64,000 nucleotides of DNA, from positions 40,252 to 104,251 of the forward strand of contig JBJEMB010000268.1 of NCBI GenBank assembly GCA_051879455.1. The letters run 5' to 3'. Positions 1 through 9,435 of the stretch are shown in pieces. The stretch is from Lachnospiraceae bacterium. GTDB lineage: Bacteria > Bacillota > Clostridia > Lachnospirales > Lachnospiraceae. A program made the position numbers and the translations under genes. The stretch's first letter is position 1. Each line of letters begins with the position of its first letter. The notes beneath the pieces were generated by a model that made no database searches, was not told where the DNA came from, and saw nothing but the letters and a program-made list of their open reading frames with translations.

Positions 1-90
1 CAATTTGAGTGTGAGGGATATCGATGGATTCCGCTTTGTGAGGTTGGAACTAAAGCATATCATACATATGTTATCTGTCCGATGGAGTAG
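1..90 (+). CDS. 3' end of an upstream CDS (partial, product unknown)
   Basis: Frame 1 is open from base 1 to TAG at 88-90 (QFECEGYRWIPLCEVGTKAYHTYVICPME*) and is followed by hairpins; too short to identify. Confidence 0.4.
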   Translation, partial: QFECEGYRWIPLCEVGTKAYHTYVICPME

Positions 91-114
91 TTATTTAAAA
101 TTCAATAGCGAGAC

Positions 115-235
115 GTCATAGCGTGAATACTATGACAGAAGATAAAGGCGTCATGAAAAAATTTCATGGCGTTTTCTGGTCTAAAAACTAGAACGCATTC
201 TAGTTTCTGCGGGAAGTTTCTTTCTGTAGAAACTA
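115..235 (+). other. Cluster of four short inverted repeats between the upstream CDS and the peptidase
   Basis: gtcatag/ctatgac (115-121/130-136); gcgtcatgaaa/tttcatggcgt (148-158/162-172); aaactagaa/ttctagttt (185-193/198-206); agtttct/agaaact (215-221/228-234). Confidence 0.6.
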
Positions 236-263
236 AATAACTTGTCTGTGGGAGGAAAGAAAA

Positions 264-1337
264 ATGACAAGACTGAAACAGTTGAAAGCATATATGGAAA
301 AGGAGGGGTTAAGTGGTTTTTTCGTTGCGAAGCCGGCAAATGTAAGATGTATCAGTGCTTACACGGGTGAAGATTCTTATCTGTTTATTACAATGAAAAA
401 CCAGTATTTCATTACAGATGCGAGATACACTGAGCAGGCATCTTATGAATGTCCTGATTTTGAAATTGTGGACTGGCGTGGTAAGAACGGCTATAACATG
501 GGAGAAACGGTTTCACATTTTGCAAAGCAGGATGAGGTTACGAAAATAGGATTTGAACAGGATTATCTGACATTTGCATTGTGGAAATCCATGCAGGATC
601 AGATTAAAGCGGAATTTGTACCTACAGTAAACGTGATCGAAGGATTCCGTGCAGTAAAGACTCCGGAAGAGATTCGAAATCTTACTGTTGCATGTGATAT
701 AGCGTCAAGGGCATTTGAAAAGATTCTTAAAGATGTAAGGGTAGGAGTGACAGAGAAAGAACTTGCTTCAAAACTTTCCCATTATATGGTAATGGAAGGC
801 GCAGATACAAAACCGTATGGAGGAATTCTCATTTCCGGGGCAAGAACTTCCCTGCTTCATGGAATTCCCGGAAATAAGAGTATTGAGTATGGTGATTTCG
901 TACTTATGGACTATGGATGCCAGTACAAAGGTTATTTATCAGATATGACAAGAACAGTAGTTGTTGGAAAAGCTGATGAAAAGCAGAGAGAAGTTTATGA
1001 TCTGTGCCGGCGCATGACGGAGGATACAGAAATGAGCGTCAGAGCAGGAGTGACTGGTACATCCTGTTATGAAGCATCATTGGAAGCAATAAAAGATACA
1101 GAATATTTCCAATATCATTACAGAGGAATTGGTCATGGAGTAGGGCTGTTCGTCCATGAACTTCCGAATATTGGAGCAAATTGCAGTAATATATTAGAAG
1201 AGAACAGCGTGATGACGGTAGAACCAGGGCTTTATATTCCTGGATGGGGCGGTGTCCGAATCGAAGATCAGGGTATTGTCACCAAAGAAGGATATGAGAA
1301 CCTGATAAGTGCTACACATGAGCTAATAGAACTTTAA
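264..1337 (+). CDS. Xaa-Pro aminopeptidase/dipeptidase (M24B family)
   Basis: Creatinase-like N-terminus with DARY; metal-site motifs DYGC..GY.SDMTRT, HGVG, HELP, EPGLY, VRIED; RBS ggagg. Confidence 0.92.
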   Translation: MTRLKQLKAYMEKEGLSGFFVAKPANVRCISAYTGEDSYLFITMKNQYFITDARYTEQASYECPDFEIVDWRGKNGYNMGETVSHFAKQDEVTKIGFEQDYLTFALWKSMQDQIKAEFVPTVNVIEGFRAVKTPEEIRNLTVACDIASRAFEKILKDVRVGVTEKELASKLSHYMVMEGADTKPYGGILISGARTSLLHGIPGNKSIEYGDFVLMDYGCQYKGYLSDMTRTVVVGKADEKQREVYDLCRRMTEDTEMSVRAGVTGTSCYEASLEAIKDTEYFQYHYRGIGHGVGLFVHELPNIGANCSNILEENSVMTVEPGLYIPGWGGVRIEDQGIVTKEGYENLISATHELIEL

Positions 1338-1355
1338 AGAAAAGGAGGATCACTT

Positions 1356-2999
1356 ATGAAAAAGAGAATATTAGCAGCTTTACTTTCTGCAGCAATGGCA
1401 GTTACTTTACTTGCCGGTTGTAGTACACCAAAATCCGATGACGGAGGTTCTGAAGGAGAAGGCGGATCAGGAGAAAAGGTATTCCGTTATGCTACCAGAA
1501 CAGAGCCGACATCTCTGGATCCACAGAAAGGAAACTGTATTCCTGACAATGAACTTCAGCATGCAGTAACAGAGAGTCTTGTACGTAATACAGGCGGTGA
1601 GGTTACACCAGGTGTTGCTGAATCATGGGAAGTTTCTGATGATGGTCTTGTATATACTTTCCATCTTCGTGAAGATGCAAAATGGAGCGATGGTGAGCCA
1701 ATCACAGCAAATGATTTCGTATATGGCTGGCAGCGTCTTCTTGACCCTGAGACAGGTGCTTTATATGCATTCATCGGTGAGTATATTAAGAATGGTTATG
1801 CAGTTGAGACTGGAGAAATGGATCCATCTGAACTTGGCGTAAAAGCTATTGATGACCAGACATTTGAAGTTACTCTTGAAAATCCGACAGCTTATTTCCT
1901 GAGCCTTGTTGGTTCTTCTAGCCAGTATGCTCCATGTCGTCAGGATGTTGCTGAAGAATATGGCAATGACTTTGCAGCTACAGCAGACAAGAATGTATAT
2001 TCCGGTCCGTTCAAATTAACAAGCTCTGAAAATCAGGAATATGTATTTGAGAAAAATGAGAATTACTGGGATGCAGATAACATTAAACTTGACAAAGCAA
2101 TTATGAGCTATGTTGAAAAAGCAGAGACTCAGCTTGCTATGTATGAATCCGGCGAACTTGATTATGTTGAGATTCCATCTGCAAGTGTTCCGGAATATGA
2201 AGGTCAGGACAATACTTTCTTAAATGGTAACGTAGATTACTTCTATATTAATCATAAGAGTGAAAACAAAGTTCTTGGAAACAAGAATTTCCGTCTTGCT
2301 CTGAACTATGCTCTGAATCGTAACAGCTATATTAAACTTGCAACAAGTGATGTTTACAAACCAAGCAACAGCCTTGTATTTGAAGGACTTCAGGGTGCAG
2401 AAAAGACATATGGTGAAGAATATGAACTGAATTCTTATCCATTAGATGGCGATACAGATAAAGCAGTTGAATATCTGAATGCTGCAATGTCTGAACTTGG
2501 TATTGCAAAAGCTTCTGACATCAGCGTTGAGATCGTTACTACTGACGTAGAGTCCAGCAAGAAGATTGCAGAAGTTTGTCAGGAACTGTGGCAGAAAGCT
2601 CTTGGAATTAATGTAACAATCCGTCAGGTAACATATACTGATATCTACGGAACAGTTCTTCCAGGTGGCGATTTCGAAATCGGTTACGGCGGATGGGGAG
2701 CTGACTATGATGATCCATACAGCTACCTTGAACTGTTCAAATCTGACAGCTTCTATAACTACAGCCAGTATGCAAATGATGAAGTTGATGCAGATCTGAA
2801 AGCTTCTCAGACTGAAACAGATGCAAAGACACGTATGGATTACCTGTTTGATGCAGAACAGAAGATTATTGATGATGGTGCATTTATTCCTCTTCAGCAG
2901 AGAGAAGTTCACTATCTTGTAAGTGAAAAAGTATCTGGTCTTGTATTCTTCCACTGTGCAATCAACCTTGATTGGGTATATGCAGACGTTGCAGAATAA
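1356..2999 (+). CDS. oppA: Oligopeptide ABC transporter substrate-binding lipoprotein
   Basis: Lipobox LLAGC; SBP family 5 motifs (SLDP, AESWEVSDDGLVYTFHLR, WSDGEPITA.DF.Y.W, GPFKL). Confidence 0.93.
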   Translation: MKKRILAALLSAAMAVTLLAGCSTPKSDDGGSEGEGGSGEKVFRYATRTEPTSLDPQKGNCIPDNELQHAVTESLVRNTGGEVTPGVAESWEVSDDGLVYTFHLREDAKWSDGEPITANDFVYGWQRLLDPETGALYAFIGEYIKNGYAVETGEMDPSELGVKAIDDQTFEVTLENPTAYFLSLVGSSSQYAPCRQDVAEEYGNDFAATADKNVYSGPFKLTSSENQEYVFEKNENYWDADNIKLDKAIMSYVEKAETQLAMYESGELDYVEIPSASVPEYEGQDNTFLNGNVDYFYINHKSENKVLGNKNFRLALNYALNRNSYIKLATSDVYKPSNSLVFEGLQGAEKTYGEEYELNSYPLDGDTDKAVEYLNAAMSELGIAKASDISVEIVTTDVESSKKIAEVCQELWQKALGINVTIRQVTYTDIYGTVLPGGDFEIGYGGWGADYDDPYSYLELFKSDSFYNYSQYANDEVDADLKASQTETDAKTRMDYLFDAEQKIIDDGAFIPLQQREVHYLVSEKVSGLVFFHCAINLDWVYADVAE

Positions 3000-3029
3000 T
3001 TTTGACAGATAAAACTCTGTAAAGCAGTT

Positions 3030-3052
3030 CCGCCCGGCTTTTAGCCGGGCGG
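3030..3052 (+). other. GC-rich stem-loop without U-tail after oppA (probable mRNA stabiliser)
   Basis: ccgcccggct-ttt-agccgggcgg, perfect 10-bp stem. Confidence 0.6.
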
Positions 3053-3070
3053 GATGTATGAAAGATTGAA

Positions 3071-3128
3071 AAAAGTGCTTCAGGGGAGAAAGAGAAGGTT
3101 CGTCCTTCGTTGAAGCATTTTTTCTTTT
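3071..3128 (+). terminator. Possible partial terminator between oppA and oppB
   Basis: aaaagtgcttca (3071-3082) pairs with tgaagcattttt (3111-3122); internal gaagg/ccttc hairpin; T-rich tail. Confidence 0.5.
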
Positions 3129-3147
3129 ACAGTAGGAGGTATGTATT

Positions 3148-4068
3148 GTGGCTAAGTATGTAGCGAAACGTGTAGTGGCAGCTGTGCTGACTCTCTGGGC
3201 GTTGGTAACGATCGTGTTTTTCCTCGTGCGTTTAATGCCGGGTGATCCATTTACCAGTGCAAAGCTTACAGAGCAGGTAGCAGAGAATATGAGATCTTAT
3301 TATGGATTTGATAAGCCGTTACTTGTACAATATTTTGTTTATATGGGAAATCTTCTGCGTGGTAATTTTGGTTATTCTATGAAATATACCAATAAAACTG
3401 TAAATTACATCATTGGACAGACATTCCCATTTTCAGCGGATCTTGGTATCCGTGCACTTGTTCTTGCAATTTCTATCGGACTTGTTCTGGGAATTATTGC
3501 AGCAAGAAACCGTGGCAAAAAGATTGACTTTTTCTGTGTTATCGTAGCTGTTATCGGTACCAGTATTCCAGACTTTATTATGGGTGCTTTCCTTCAGTAC
3601 TTTTTTGGTATTAAATGGGGATTGTTGCCGGTTGCAAAATATAATGGAATCGAGTATACGATTCTTCCGGCTCTTGCGTTGTCCTTCTATACGCTTGCAT
3701 CCGTCTCGCGTATTATGAGATCCAGTATGTTGGAAGTTGTACAGCAGGATTTCATTAAGACAGCGCGTTCCAAAGGATTGTCGGAAATGCGTATTACATG
3801 TAAGCATCAGATCAGAAATGCAATTATGCCTGTTATGACAGTGCTTGGACCGACAGTTGCATCAGTACTGACTGGTACTTTCGTTCTTGAGTCTATTTTC
3901 GCAATCCCTGGTATGGGTAAATATTATGTTGAAAGTGTCAGCGTCAATGACTACTCAATGGTATTGGGTATGACGGTGTTCTATGGTATATTCCTTGTAA
4001 CTGCTAACTTGATCGTGGATATTCTGTATGGTGTTGCAGACCCACGTGTACGAATTGGAAGAAAGTAG
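3148..4068 (+). CDS. oppB: Oligopeptide ABC permease
   Basis: GTG start with aggagg RBS; MPGDP; EAA-loop region TARSKGLSE; G...VLESIFAIPGMG. Confidence 0.93.
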   Translation: MAKYVAKRVVAAVLTLWALVTIVFFLVRLMPGDPFTSAKLTEQVAENMRSYYGFDKPLLVQYFVYMGNLLRGNFGYSMKYTNKTVNYIIGQTFPFSADLGIRALVLAISIGLVLGIIAARNRGKKIDFFCVIVAVIGTSIPDFIMGAFLQYFFGIKWGLLPVAKYNGIEYTILPALALSFYTLASVSRIMRSSMLEVVQQDFIKTARSKGLSEMRITCKHQIRNAIMPVMTVLGPTVASVLTGTFVLESIFAIPGMGKYYVESVSVNDYSMVLGMTVFYGIFLVTANLIVDILYGVADPRVRIGRK

Positions 4069-4076
4069 GTGAGAGA

Positions 4077-5003
4077 ATGGCAGAATTGAATCGCGATATG
4101 TTTGTAATCAAGGGAAAAGATGCAAAGCGTATGGAAAGTATCAGCAGGCCATCTCTCTCTTTCTGGCAGGATGCATGGCGACGCTTAAAAAAGAACCGTT
4201 CTGCAATCGTAGGACTGATCATCATTGTTCTTTATGCAGTGCTTGCAATCTTTGCACCTATGTTCAGTAAATATAGTTTTTCAGAGATGGATATTGAAGC
4301 AATCCATTCTCTTCCGACGTCAGCACACTGGCTGGGCTGTGACTCTACCGGACGTGACCAGTGGGTACGTATCTGGATGGGAGCTCGAGTATCCTTGAGC
4401 ATTGGTCTTATATCCGCAGTTGTAAACATGTGCGTTGGTGCCGTAATCGGAGGACTTTGTGGATATTATGGCGGAAAATTGGATATGATCGTAATGCGTA
4501 TCGTAGATATCCTGTATGGTATTCCTAGTCTTATTATTACCATTCTTGTTATGATGGTAATCGGACAGGGTGGTGTAATGCCTTTGATCATTGCTCTTTG
4601 TATCGTTGGATGGATTGGAACCTGCCGATTTGTTCGTGGTGAGGTTTATCGTCTGAAGGAGCAGGACTTTGTAATGGCGGCAAAGGTACTTGGTGTACCG
4701 GATTTCCCGATCATTATCCGTCATATTATTCCTAATATTATGGGTATGCTGATCACTAACTTATGTATGGCAATTCCAGGAGCAATTTTCCAGGAGGCAT
4801 TCTTAAGTTACATTGGTCTTGGTATTAAGCCACCGAACTGTAGCTGGGGAATTCTTGCAAAAGAAGGTATCCAGTATCTTCGTACCTATCCGCATGAAGT
4901 TATTATCCCTGCATTTTTTATCTGTACAACTATGTTGGCCCTGAACCTGCTGGGTAATGGTCTTCGTGACGTTGTAGACCCAAGACTTCGTGGAACTGAT
5001 TAG
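4077..5003 (+). CDS. oppC: Oligopeptide ABC permease
   Basis: SFWQDAWRRLKKN OppC N-terminus; HWLGCDSTGRD; FVMAAKVLG. Confidence 0.93.
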   Translation: MAELNRDMFVIKGKDAKRMESISRPSLSFWQDAWRRLKKNRSAIVGLIIIVLYAVLAIFAPMFSKYSFSEMDIEAIHSLPTSAHWLGCDSTGRDQWVRIWMGARVSLSIGLISAVVNMCVGAVIGGLCGYYGGKLDMIVMRIVDILYGIPSLIITILVMMVIGQGGVMPLIIALCIVGWIGTCRFVRGEVYRLKEQDFVMAAKVLGVPDFPIIIRHIIPNIMGMLITNLCMAIPGAIFQEAFLSYIGLGIKPPNCSWGILAKEGIQYLRTYPHEVIIPAFFICTTMLALNLLGNGLRDVVDPRLRGTD

Positions 5004-5015
5004 GAGGAATGTGAA

Positions 5016-6053
5016 ATGGCAGAGAGAGAAAATATTCTTGAATTAAAAAATCTGGTTTTTTCCTTTCATACATACGGCGGCGAAGTCAAGGCTGTACGAG
5101 ATGTCAGCTTTAATGTGCGTAAGGGAGAAATCCTTGGAATTGTAGGAGAGTCCGGATGTGGTAAGAGTGTTACTGCACAGTGTATTCTCCGACTGAATCC
5201 GGAACCACCTGGATTCTTTGAAAATGGAGAAATCCTGTTTAATGGAGAAGACATCCTTAAGATGTCCAATAAAGAAATACGAAAAATCAGGGGACGTGAA
5301 ATCGGATTTGTATTTCAGGACCCGATGACATCCCTGAATCCGACCATGAGAGTCGGAGCACAGATTGAAGAAGTGTTCCTTGGAAGAACTGATGTCACCA
5401 AAAAAGAAGTGAAGGAAAGAGCACTGGAGATCATGAAACTCGTTGGAATCAACGATACTGAAAAACGATATAAACAGTATCCTCATGAGTTGTCTGGTGG
5501 TATGAAACAGCGTATCATGATTGCAATCGCGCTTGTGAGCCGTCCAAGTGTAATTATCTGTGACGAGCCGACTACATCTCTGGACGTAACAATTGAAGCT
5601 CAGATCCTTGACCTTCTGTTGGAACTGAGAGAAAAACTGGGAACATCTATTATTATGATCACTCATGACCTGGGTGTTATTGCAAGACTTTGTGACCGTG
5701 TAATCGTTATGTACGGCGGTAAGGTAGTAGAACGTGGAAATGTAAATGAAATATTCTATGATACAGCACATCCTTATACAAAAGGACTTATGAAATCTAT
5801 TGCAAAGCTGGATACAAAGAAAGGCGATAAGCTTCATCCGATTGAAGGAACACCGCCGGATCTGTTTGCACCTCCGAAGGGATGTCCGTTTGCGGCACGT
5901 TGCGAATATGCAATGGATATATGCAGTGAGATGCCGCCAGAGACATATGTCTTATCAGATGAACATAAGACATGCTGCTGGTTACAGCATGAATTTGCTC
6001 CAGATACAGATTTGAAGAAAGAAAAAGTTGTGCTGGAAGGAGAGGAGGAATAA
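5016..6053 (+). CDS. oppD: Oligopeptide ABC ATPase
   Basis: Walker A GESGCGKS; ELSGGMKQR; DEPTT; HPYTKGL; C-terminal GCPFAARC. Confidence 0.94.
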   Translation: MAERENILELKNLVFSFHTYGGEVKAVRDVSFNVRKGEILGIVGESGCGKSVTAQCILRLNPEPPGFFENGEILFNGEDILKMSNKEIRKIRGREIGFVFQDPMTSLNPTMRVGAQIEEVFLGRTDVTKKEVKERALEIMKLVGINDTEKRYKQYPHELSGGMKQRIMIAIALVSRPSVIICDEPTTSLDVTIEAQILDLLLELREKLGTSIIMITHDLGVIARLCDRVIVMYGGKVVERGNVNEIFYDTAHPYTKGLMKSIAKLDTKKGDKLHPIEGTPPDLFAPPKGCPFAARCEYAMDICSEMPPETYVLSDEHKTCCWLQHEFAPDTDLKKEKVVLEGEEE

Positions 6054-6054
6054 T

Positions 6055-7026
6055 ATGGAAAATAAAGAAAAACAGCCTCTCGTTCAGGTAAAGGGTTTAT
6101 GTAAATATTTTCAGGTTGGCAGACATGCGACATTGAAAGCGGTAGATGGTGTTACATTTGACATTAATAAAGGGGAAACAGTCAGCCTTGTTGGTGAATC
6201 AGGATGTGGAAAATCAACGACAGGACGATGCATCATTCGTCTTTATGAGCCAACAAAAGGTCAGGTTATCTATGATGGCAAAGACATTATGGAGCTTTCC
6301 CGTGAAGAGAGAAAGAAATTTACAGGAAAAGTACAGATGATCTTTCAGAATCCGTATGCATCTTTGAATCCTCGTATGACAGTTAAAGAGATTGTCGGAG
6401 AAGGATTAAAGTATCAGGGAGTTCCTGCAAAGGAAATTGATTCCAAGGTTGAAAAGCTTTTGGAAACAGTTGGTCTTAATAAGGATCATATGTCACGTTT
6501 TCCGCACGAATTCTCCGGTGGTCAGAGACAGCGTATCGGTATTGCAAGAGCACTTGCAGTTGATCCGGAATTTATTATCTGTGATGAGCCGATTTCCGCT
6601 CTGGACGTTTCTATCCAGGCTCAGGTTATCAATATGCTGAAAGAACTACAGGAAAGCATGGGGCTTACATATCTTTTCATCGCCCATGACTTAAGTGTTG
6701 TTAAATATATTTCTGATCGTGTAGTTGTTATGTATCTTGGAACGATTGTTGAGACAGCAGAGACAGAAGAACTCTACTCAAATCCAACACATCCATATAC
6801 ACAGGCACTTCTCTCTGCGATTCCGGAAGCGGATCCAGATAAAGCAAAGAGTAATGTGCGTATTCCGATCAAAGGAGAGATCCCAAGTCCGATCAATCCG
6901 AAGGAATGCTGCAGATTTGCTGAAAGATGTCAGTATGCAACAGATCGCTGCTTTAAAGAGATGCCTAAGTTGCATGAGATCTCACCGGGTCATGTAGTTG
7001 CATGTCATCTGACAGAAGGAAAATAA
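6055..7026 (+). CDS. oppF: Oligopeptide ABC ATPase
   Basis: ATG at 6055 after gaggagg; GESGCGKS; EFSGGQRQR; DEPIS; HPYTQALLS. Confidence 0.94.
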   Translation: MENKEKQPLVQVKGLCKYFQVGRHATLKAVDGVTFDINKGETVSLVGESGCGKSTTGRCIIRLYEPTKGQVIYDGKDIMELSREERKKFTGKVQMIFQNPYASLNPRMTVKEIVGEGLKYQGVPAKEIDSKVEKLLETVGLNKDHMSRFPHEFSGGQRQRIGIARALAVDPEFIICDEPISALDVSIQAQVINMLKELQESMGLTYLFIAHDLSVVKYISDRVVVMYLGTIVETAETEELYSNPTHPYTQALLSAIPEADPDKAKSNVRIPIKGEIPSPINPKECCRFAERCQYATDRCFKEMPKLHEISPGHVVACHLTEGK

Positions 7027-7099
7027 AATTGCATGAGGTTGCAATGGATCATGTAGTTGTCAATATTTGACGAAATTATCTTTGAAATCAAAAATATGA
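7027..7099 (+). pseudogene. Degenerate second copy of an oppF 3' end
   Basis: 7029-7059 matches 6970-7000 at 25 of 31 nt; reads LHEVAMDHVV versus LHEISPGHVV. Confidence 0.6.
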
Positions 7100-7103
7100 G
7101 AAA

Positions 7104-7137
7104 AAGGACAGTTCTGTAAAAGGGCTGTTCTTTTTTT
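7104..7137 (+). terminator. Intrinsic terminator of the opp operon
   Basis: aaggacagttct-gtaaa-agggctgttctt running into a T7 tract. Confidence 0.8.
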
Positions 7138-7277
7138 GGCAAAAATCTATTGGAAAGTGAGAAATGGACATGATACAGCAAAAATACTTTTTTAATTTTC
7201 ACTTGTCCTCTGGCATATTACGTTTTGCAATCTATTAAAATGATAGTAATAGACATCATATCGGCAAGGAGTTGCAT

Positions 7278-8591
7278 ATGATACGTATTTTGACGGTGCT
7301 GTTAAGTACCATGCTATGCATACAGCCTGTACATACTATGTCATTTCAATCGTTTGATAAGCTGTCTCAATATACGCAGGAACAGGAAAACATGAATACA
7401 GAAAACACAGATGAGGAAAATGCAGAAAGAGAAAGCGTGGAGACAGAAAGCGCAAAGACAGAAAATGAAAAGCCAGAAGGTAAAGACACTGAAAATGAGG
7501 AGAAAAGCGCCGGACCACAGGTGAGTGCTCCCTCTGCTCTATTGATGGAAGCTTCAACCGGGCAGGTAATCTATGAAAAAGATGCAGACAGCAAAAGACC
7601 TCCGGCAAGTGTTACAAAGGTTATGACACTTCTACTTATTTTTGACGCGCTGGATGCAGGGAAAATCAAGCTTGAAGATGAGGTTACGGTTTCTGAGTAT
7701 GCAGCGTCAATGGGAGGATCTCAGGTGTTTCTTGAACCGGGAGAGGTACAGACAGTGGATACGTTGATTAAATGTATTTCTGTTGCGAGTGCCAACGACG
7801 CCTGTGTGGCAATGGCCGAATTTATTTGTGGAAGTGAGGAAGAGTTTGTATCGCAGATGAATAAACGAGCTAAGGGATTAGGCATGGAAAATACACATTT
7901 TAAAAATTGTAATGGTTTGGATACTGACGGGCATCTTACTACTGCAAGAGACATTGCTCTTATGTCCAGAGAGTTGATCACAAAATATCCTAAGATTCAT
8001 GATTATTGTATGATATGGATGGAAAATATTACGCATACGACAAAAAAAGGAACCACAGAATTTGGGCTTAGCAATACTAACAAGCTTGTTCGACATTATC
8101 AGTATGCGACCGGATTAAAGACTGGTTCTACAAGCAAAGCTAAATTCTGCATTTCTGCAACGGGGGAAAAAGATGACATGGAAATGATTGCGGTTATAAT
8201 GGCTGCTGATGATAGTAAAATCCGCAATAAAGATGCCATTACACTTTTAAATTACGGGTTTTCAAAATGCCAGACATATAAGGAAGACTCTGTGCAGAAA
8301 GTAAAACCTGTAAAAGTGCGGCGAGGAGTAGAAGATACGGTAGGCGCTGCACAGGAGAAAGTCTTTACTTATGTTGATACAACCGGAGCAGATCTTAGTA
8401 CGATCAAACGGAAAGTATCTATAAAGAAGGAAGTAAAAGCACCGGTAAAGCGAGGAACAAAGCTTGGAGAGGCGAAATATTATCTGAACGGAAAAGAAAT
8501 CGGAAGCGTAGATATCCTGGCGACAGAAAATATAAAAGAGATGAGCATGAAAAGTGCAGCAAAAGATGTGCTGAAGAGTATGTTGTTGTAA
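7278..8591 (+). CDS. dacF: D-alanyl-D-alanine carboxypeptidase (S11), DacF-like
   Basis: PASVTK (SxxK), SAN (SxN), LKTG; PBP5 C-terminal domain; aaggag RBS before ATG 7278; the DacF assignment rests on sequence style (SQVFLEPGE). Confidence 0.8.
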   Translation: MIRILTVLLSTMLCIQPVHTMSFQSFDKLSQYTQEQENMNTENTDEENAERESVETESAKTENEKPEGKDTENEEKSAGPQVSAPSALLMEASTGQVIYEKDADSKRPPASVTKVMTLLLIFDALDAGKIKLEDEVTVSEYAASMGGSQVFLEPGEVQTVDTLIKCISVASANDACVAMAEFICGSEEEFVSQMNKRAKGLGMENTHFKNCNGLDTDGHLTTARDIALMSRELITKYPKIHDYCMIWMENITHTTKKGTTEFGLSNTNKLVRHYQYATGLKTGSTSKAKFCISATGEKDDMEMIAVIMAADDSKIRNKDAITLLNYGFSKCQTYKEDSVQKVKPVKVRRGVEDTVGAAQEKVFTYVDTTGADLSTIKRKVSIKKEVKAPVKRGTKLGEAKYYLNGKEIGSVDILATENIKEMSMKSAAKDVLKSMLL

Positions 8592-8600
8592 AATAGTATG

Positions 8601-8646
8601 AAGTCATACACTAAGTAGAACATTAAGCTTTGGTGTATGACTTTTT
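8601..8646 (+). terminator. Intrinsic terminator after dacF-like gene
   Basis: aagtcatacacta / tggtgtatgactt 13-bp stem plus T tail. Confidence 0.75.
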
Positions 8647-9157
8647 GTGTAGAATTTGAGGATTCTTGAATTTGAGTAGAAAATAAGAAATTATATTTTA
8701 CGAAGATGCCAGGTCAAATTTATTTGAACCGGGTGGCGAAATCACCTTAATAAGAAATTCCATGGGACTCAACCCGTATTCGTTGTTATACTTTTTTACA
8801 CCATGCCTAATATGGCAATTATTAATTTAAGAAAAGTTTCATAATATAATCGGGAATAGTGGAGAAAAATCAATTGTATTAAATAAAGCAGAGCCTGTGG
8901 TTTATTATATGCTGGGAGTTGGCGAAATCTTTCTTCTATATAACTGGCGATTTTTTAGAAGATGCTCTTTTACTAAGCTACAGTATTAAGAAAAACATAA
9001 GTTGACGGTTCATTTATCCTATTATAAACTGATATATAATTCTATTTTGTCTTAATATTCAATGAAAAACAAATAAAATCTTTTTAATCAACAATCTTAT
9101 ATTATATCCCTATTAATATAAATATGCATACAAAGGAGAATGATATTTTGTGTGTTA

Positions 9158-9197
9158 AATAATACGTGTTGACACAATACGTATTATTTTATATTAT
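9158..9197 (+). promoter_or_regulatory. hicAB sigmaA promoter with overlapping inverted-repeat operator
   Basis: TTGACA 9169-9174, 17 nt, TATTAT 9192-9197; arms aataatacgtgtt (9158-9170) and aatacgtattatt (9176-9188) with 1 mismatch. Confidence 0.8.
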
Positions 9198-9217
9198 AAA
9201 GAAAGAAGGAGTATTTA

Positions 9218-9406
9218 GTGCCAATAAAGCCGAGAGAAATGGAAAAAATAATACTGGAAGATGGATGGAGATTAAAAACGCAGACCGGATCTCATAGACA
9301 TTATATTCATCCTACAAAACAGGGAAAAGTCACAATTCCATTTCATACAAAAACTCTTCCTAAAGGAACAGAAAATTCTATTTTAAAACAGGCGGGATTG
9401 AAATAA
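9218..9406 (+). CDS. hicA: HicA family mRNase toxin
   Basis: 62 aa basic protein with GW...GSH.HY.HP...KVTIP.H and SILKQAGL; RBS gaaggag. Confidence 0.92.
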   Translation: MPIKPREMEKIILEDGWRLKTQTGSHRHYIHPTKQGKVTIPFHTKTLPKGTENSILKQAGLK

Positions 9407-9435
9407 TGACCGTCTGAATAGATTGGAGGTATAAT

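Noticed and set aside
5043-5837. 264-aa minus-strand ORF opposite oppD
   Set aside because: Lies entirely within oppD; no motif; shadow ORF
7213-7245. sigmaF/sigmaG promoter for dacF
   Set aside because: GCATA is present but there is no matching -10 at the right spacing
8838-8870. Purine-riboswitch-like start (ttcataatataatcgggaata)
   Set aside because: The downstream conserved core (TTTCTACC..CCGTAAA) is absent
9140-9172. 10-codon ORF MIFCVLNNTC with an aaggag RBS
   Set aside because: Lies upstream of and overlaps the hicAB promoter; no evidence of its own transcript or conservation
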